Source: Alphaproteobacteria bacterium
Lineage (GTDB): Bacteria; Pseudomonadota; Alphaproteobacteria; SHVW01
Direction: 5' to 3'
Assembly (NCBI GenBank): GCA_016869645.1
Contig: VGDO01000002.1
Span: 15,479-79,478, forward strand
DNA: 64,000 nucleotides
The translations under genes were made by a program, and so were the position numbers. Shown here piece by piece: positions 60,797 through 64,000 of the stretch (its first letter is position 1; every line of letters begins with the position of its first letter). The notes below the pieces were generated by a model, which ran no database searches, had not been told where the DNA came from, and saw only the letters and a program-made list of their open reading frames with translations.

Positions 60797-61287
60797 CCGG
60801 TGCCGTACCCATCCTCGATGTGGCAGACCGGCGCCTGATTCGGGCGACGCAGGGCGGTCTGCCGCTGGTTCCAAGACCCTACGACGCCGTCGCGCGCGCG
60901 GCCGCCGTGCCGGCGGCCGATGCGATCCGACGTCTGCGGCGGATGCTCGAGCTCGGCATCATCCGCCGCATCGGCGCCGTGCCCAATCACTATGCGCTCG
61001 GCTATCGCCACAACGGCATGTCGGTCTGGGATGTGCCGGACGACGAGGTCGATGCGCTGGGCGCCATGGTCGCCCGTTTCGACTTCGTCAGCCACTGCTA
61101 CCGGCGGCCGCGGCATCCACTGGCTTGGCCGTACAACCTGTTCGCCATGGTCCACGGCCGCGACCGCGCGGAGGTCGACGGCAAGGTGGCGGCGATCGCA
61201 GACCGGCTGGGCGCGAGTGTGCGTGGGCGCGACGTGCTCTACAGCGTGCGCATCCTGAAGAAGACCGGGCTGCGCCTGGGCGGATAG
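60793..61287 (+). CDS. nirH: Siroheme decarboxylase subunit (AsnC-like)
   Basis: PNHYALGY-NGMSVWDV, VSHCYRRPR, WPYNLFAMVHG, ILKKTGLRL. Confidence 0.88.
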   Translation: MTGAVPILDVADRRLIRATQGGLPLVPRPYDAVARAAAVPAADAIRRLRRMLELGIIRRIGAVPNHYALGYRHNGMSVWDVPDDEVDALGAMVARFDFVSHCYRRPRHPLAWPYNLFAMVHGRDRAEVDGKVAAIADRLGASVRGRDVLYSVRILKKTGLRLGG

Positions 61288-61297
61288 GGAGGGACGG

Positions 61298-62470
61298 GTG
61301 TTCCGCATATCGCACTTCATGCGCGAGCTGATCAAGCCGACGCCGGTCGGCCGTCGGCACCGGCCGTCCGGGCCGGTGGTGATCTGGAACCTGATTCGCC
61401 GTTGCAATCTCAACTGCAAGCACTGCTACTCGCTTTCGACCGACGTGGATTTCGCTGGAGAATTGACGACCGCAGAGGTGGCCGAGGTCATGGTCGATCT
61501 CAAACGCTTCGGCGTGCCGGTCCTCATCCTGTCGGGCGGCGAGCCGCTGCTTCGTCCAGACATCTTCGACATCTCCGCCCGTGCCAAGCAGATGGGGTTC
61601 TATGTCGGGCTGTCGACCAATGGGACGCCGATCACCGCCGGAAATGTCGCCCGCATCGCCGATGTCGGCTACGACTATGTCGGTATCAGCCTTGACGGCA
61701 TCGGCGAGGTGCACGACCGGTTCCGGCGCCGTGACGGCGCTTTCGCTGCGTCCCTGGCTGCGCTCCACCTGTGCCGCGCGCGCGGCATCAAGGTCGGGGT
61801 GCGGTTCACCATCACACAGGAAAACGGCGCCGAGCTGCCGCGCCTCCTCGACCTGGTCGACGCCGAGGAAATCGACAAATTCTACCTGTCACACCTGAAC
61901 TACGCCGGTCGGGGCGACCGCAATCGGGACGGCGATGCCGCATTCGCGCTGACGCGCTGGGCCATGGACCAGCTGTTCGAGCGCGCCTGGGACCACGCGC
62001 GCAACGGTACCAGCAAGGAGTTCGTCACCGGCAACAACGACGCCGACGGCGTCTATCTTCTGCACTGGGTGGCGCGGCGGATGCCCGACCGGGTCGACCA
62101 CATCCGTGCCAAGCTCTGCGAATGGGGCGGCAACAGCTCGGGCGTCAACATCGCCAACATCGACAATCTCGGCAACGTCCATCCCGACACATTCTGGTGG
62201 CACTACAGCCTGGGCAACGTGCGTGATCGCCCGTTCTCGGCGATCTGGGCAGATATGTCCGATCCGATCATGCGCGGCCTCAACGTCGAGCGGCGGACGA
62301 TCGGAGGGCGGTGTGCCACCTGCCGCCACTTCGATATTTGCAACGGCAATACGCGCGTGCGCGCACTCAAGCTAACCGGTGACGCCTGGGCGGAGGATCC
62401 CGGCTGCTATCTGACCGACCATGAGATCGGCATTGCCGCGCCGCAGCTCCAGGAGCTGGTCGATGCCTAG
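61298..62470 (+). CDS. nirJ: Heme d1 biosynthesis radical SAM protein
   Basis: FRIS, GPVVIWNL-RRCNLNCKHCYS, YLSHL, TGNNDAD, WGGNSSG, SPASM Cys cluster, EDPGCYL. Confidence 0.94.
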   Translation: MFRISHFMRELIKPTPVGRRHRPSGPVVIWNLIRRCNLNCKHCYSLSTDVDFAGELTTAEVAEVMVDLKRFGVPVLILSGGEPLLRPDIFDISARAKQMGFYVGLSTNGTPITAGNVARIADVGYDYVGISLDGIGEVHDRFRRRDGAFAASLAALHLCRARGIKVGVRFTITQENGAELPRLLDLVDAEEIDKFYLSHLNYAGRGDRNRDGDAAFALTRWAMDQLFERAWDHARNGTSKEFVTGNNDADGVYLLHWVARRMPDRVDHIRAKLCEWGGNSSGVNIANIDNLGNVHPDTFWWHYSLGNVRDRPFSAIWADMSDPIMRGLNVERRTIGGRCATCRHFDICNGNTRVRALKLTGDAWAEDPGCYLTDHEIGIAAPQLQELVDA

Positions 62471-64000
62471 CCGCTCGATCGCCCTGTTGGCCGTCCTGCT
62501 GATCGTCGGCGCAGTTGGGCACGGGCGGGCGATCGCCGCGTCGGCCAGCGACGGCGCAGCGATCTACGCCCAGCACTGCGCCCAGTGCCATGGCGCCGAC
62601 CGGCTCGGCGGCACCGGACCTGCGCTGCTGCCGGAAAGCCTGGAGCGACTGCGACCGGCCGCGGCGCGCGTCGTGATCCGGGACGGTCGCACGGCGACGC
62701 AAATGCCAGCGTTCGGCGACCTGCTGGATGGCGCAGCGATCGACGCCGTCGCCGATCTCATCCATGCGCCGACCAGGATTTCGCCCATCTGGGGGCGGTC
62801 CGAAATCGAGACGTCGCACATCGCAGAGCCGTCCGCAGGACAGGGGGTGGACCGGCCGGTCTTCGCGGCGGATCCGCTCAACCTGTTCGTCGTCGTGGAG
62901 AGCGGAGACCATCACATCACCCTTCTCGATGGCGACCGCTTCGAGCCGATCCACCGGTTTCCGACGCGCTATGCCCTTCATGGCGGGCCGAAGTTCTCTC
63001 CGGATGGTCGGTACGTCTATCTGGCGTCACGCGACGGCTGGATCGCCAAGTACGATCTGTATGCTCTCGCCCTCGTTGCCGAGATCCGGGCCGGCATCAA
63101 CACGCGCAACCTGGCCCTGTCCGGCGATGGCCGCTTCGTCGCCGTCGCCAATTACCTGCCCCACACGCTCGTGCTGCTCGATGCGCGCGATCTGGCCCTG
63201 ATTGACGTGCTGAAGGTCGAAGACGCGCGACGAACCCGGACGTCGCGCGTCAGCGCCGTCTATCAGGCGCGGCCGCGCAAGAGCTTCATTCTTGCGCTGA
63301 AGGACATTGCCGAGATCTGGGAGATCTCGACCGACGAGACCGCGCGGCCGGTATATCCCGGACTGGTCCACAGCCACGAGCAGGGCGCCGTCGAAGCCGT
63401 TGGCGCACGCCGCGGGCTTTTCGCGCTGCGCCGCATCGCCATCGATCAGCCGCTCGACGACTTCCAGTTCGACGAGAGCTATCGGCACCTGCTCGGATCA
63501 TCGCGCGAAACTGGACGCACGGCGGTGGTCAACCTCAATGTCGGTCGCCAAATCGGCTGGGTGGAACTCGACGGGTTGCCGCATCTCGCGTCGGGGATCA
63601 CCTGGACGCAGGGAGGCCGGCGGGTGATGGCGACGCCCCACCTCAGCCGCGGCGAAATCAGCGTGTTCGACACGTCGGATTGGCGGTTGGTCGGCAGCGT
63701 GAAGCTGCCGGGACCCGGCTTCTTCCTCAGGAGCCATGAGGCCACGCCCTATGCCTGGACCGATTCGATGCTCGGCAAGCAGCGCGACGGAATCCACATC
63801 ATCGACAAGCGCAGCTTGACCCTGGTGCGCACCCTGACTCCGGCGCCAGGTCGGACAGCCGCCCATGTCGAATTCACGCGCGATGGGCGCCATGCCCTGG
63901 TCAGCGTGTGGGACATGGACGGCGCCCTCATCGTCTACGACGCGCAAACCTTCGCGGAGGTCAAGCGTCTGCCGATGGTCAGGCCCTCGGGAAAGTACAA
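62463..64000 (+). CDS. nirN: Dihydro-heme d1 dehydrogenase (cytochrome c plus d1 propeller), 3'-truncated; absent from the supplied ORF track
   Basis: Read from ATG 62463: signal peptide, HCAQCHG, GGTGPALLP, ADPLNLFVVVE, LHGGPKFS, PHLASG, GPGFFLRSHE, AHVEFT, ending in frame at ...RPSGKY at the window edge. Confidence 0.9.
   Translation, partial: MPSRSIALLAVLLIVGAVGHGRAIAASASDGAAIYAQHCAQCHGADRLGGTGPALLPESLERLRPAAARVVIRDGRTATQMPAFGDLLDGAAIDAVADLIHAPTRISPIWGRSEIETSHIAEPSAGQGVDRPVFAADPLNLFVVVESGDHHITLLDGDRFEPIHRFPTRYALHGGPKFSPDGRYVYLASRDGWIAKYDLYALALVAEIRAGINTRNLALSGDGRFVAVANYLPHTLVLLDARDLALIDVLKVEDARRTRTSRVSAVYQARPRKSFILALKDIAEIWEISTDETARPVYPGLVHSHEQGAVEAVGARRGLFALRRIAIDQPLDDFQFDESYRHLLGSSRETGRTAVVNLNVGRQIGWVELDGLPHLASGITWTQGGRRVMATPHLSRGEISVFDTSDWRLVGSVKLPGPGFFLRSHEATPYAWTDSMLGKQRDGIHIIDKRSLTLVRTLTPAPGRTAAHVEFTRDGRHALVSVWDMDGALIVYDAQTFAEVKRLPMVRPSGKY

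Noticed and set aside
59396-61287. Four tandem Lrp/AsnC transcription regulators or a recent tandem duplication
   Set aside because: These are the known paralogous NirD/L/G/H siroheme decarboxylase subunits.

Overview
GC-rich bacterial window, most consistent with an alphaproteobacterium (inferred from gene content). It is dense with transporters and catabolic genes; I recognised no rRNA, tRNA, CRISPR array or mobile element. From left to right: (1) an Opp/Dpp-type ABC operon with a phosphonate-monoester-hydrolase-like enzyme and an inositol monophosphatase; (2) two AfuABC/FbpABC-type ABC systems flanking a FadR-xylB-xylC-HAD-iolG sugar oxidation operon; (3) an LLM oxidoreductase, a TRAP transporter and feruloyl-CoA synthetase; (4) an orphan binding protein with an HD-domain enzyme, mlaC, MATE, and an Opp-type ABC set behind a PTER/NaaS-like amidohydrolase, then kup; (5) a ~14.5 kb candidate self-contained F420 module: ABC importer, tautomerase, Mer-like LLM, ABM protein, LysR, fgd, cofE, cofD, cofC and fbiC, whose two operons share a three-block upstream motif; (6) a Paracoccus-type cytochrome cd1 cluster (nirX nirI / nirS E C F D L G H J N) in which nirS is interrupted by one in-frame TAG at 56121-56123. 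The top leads are the F420 module and the amber codon in nirS. All family calls come from reading motifs by eye; no database searches were run.
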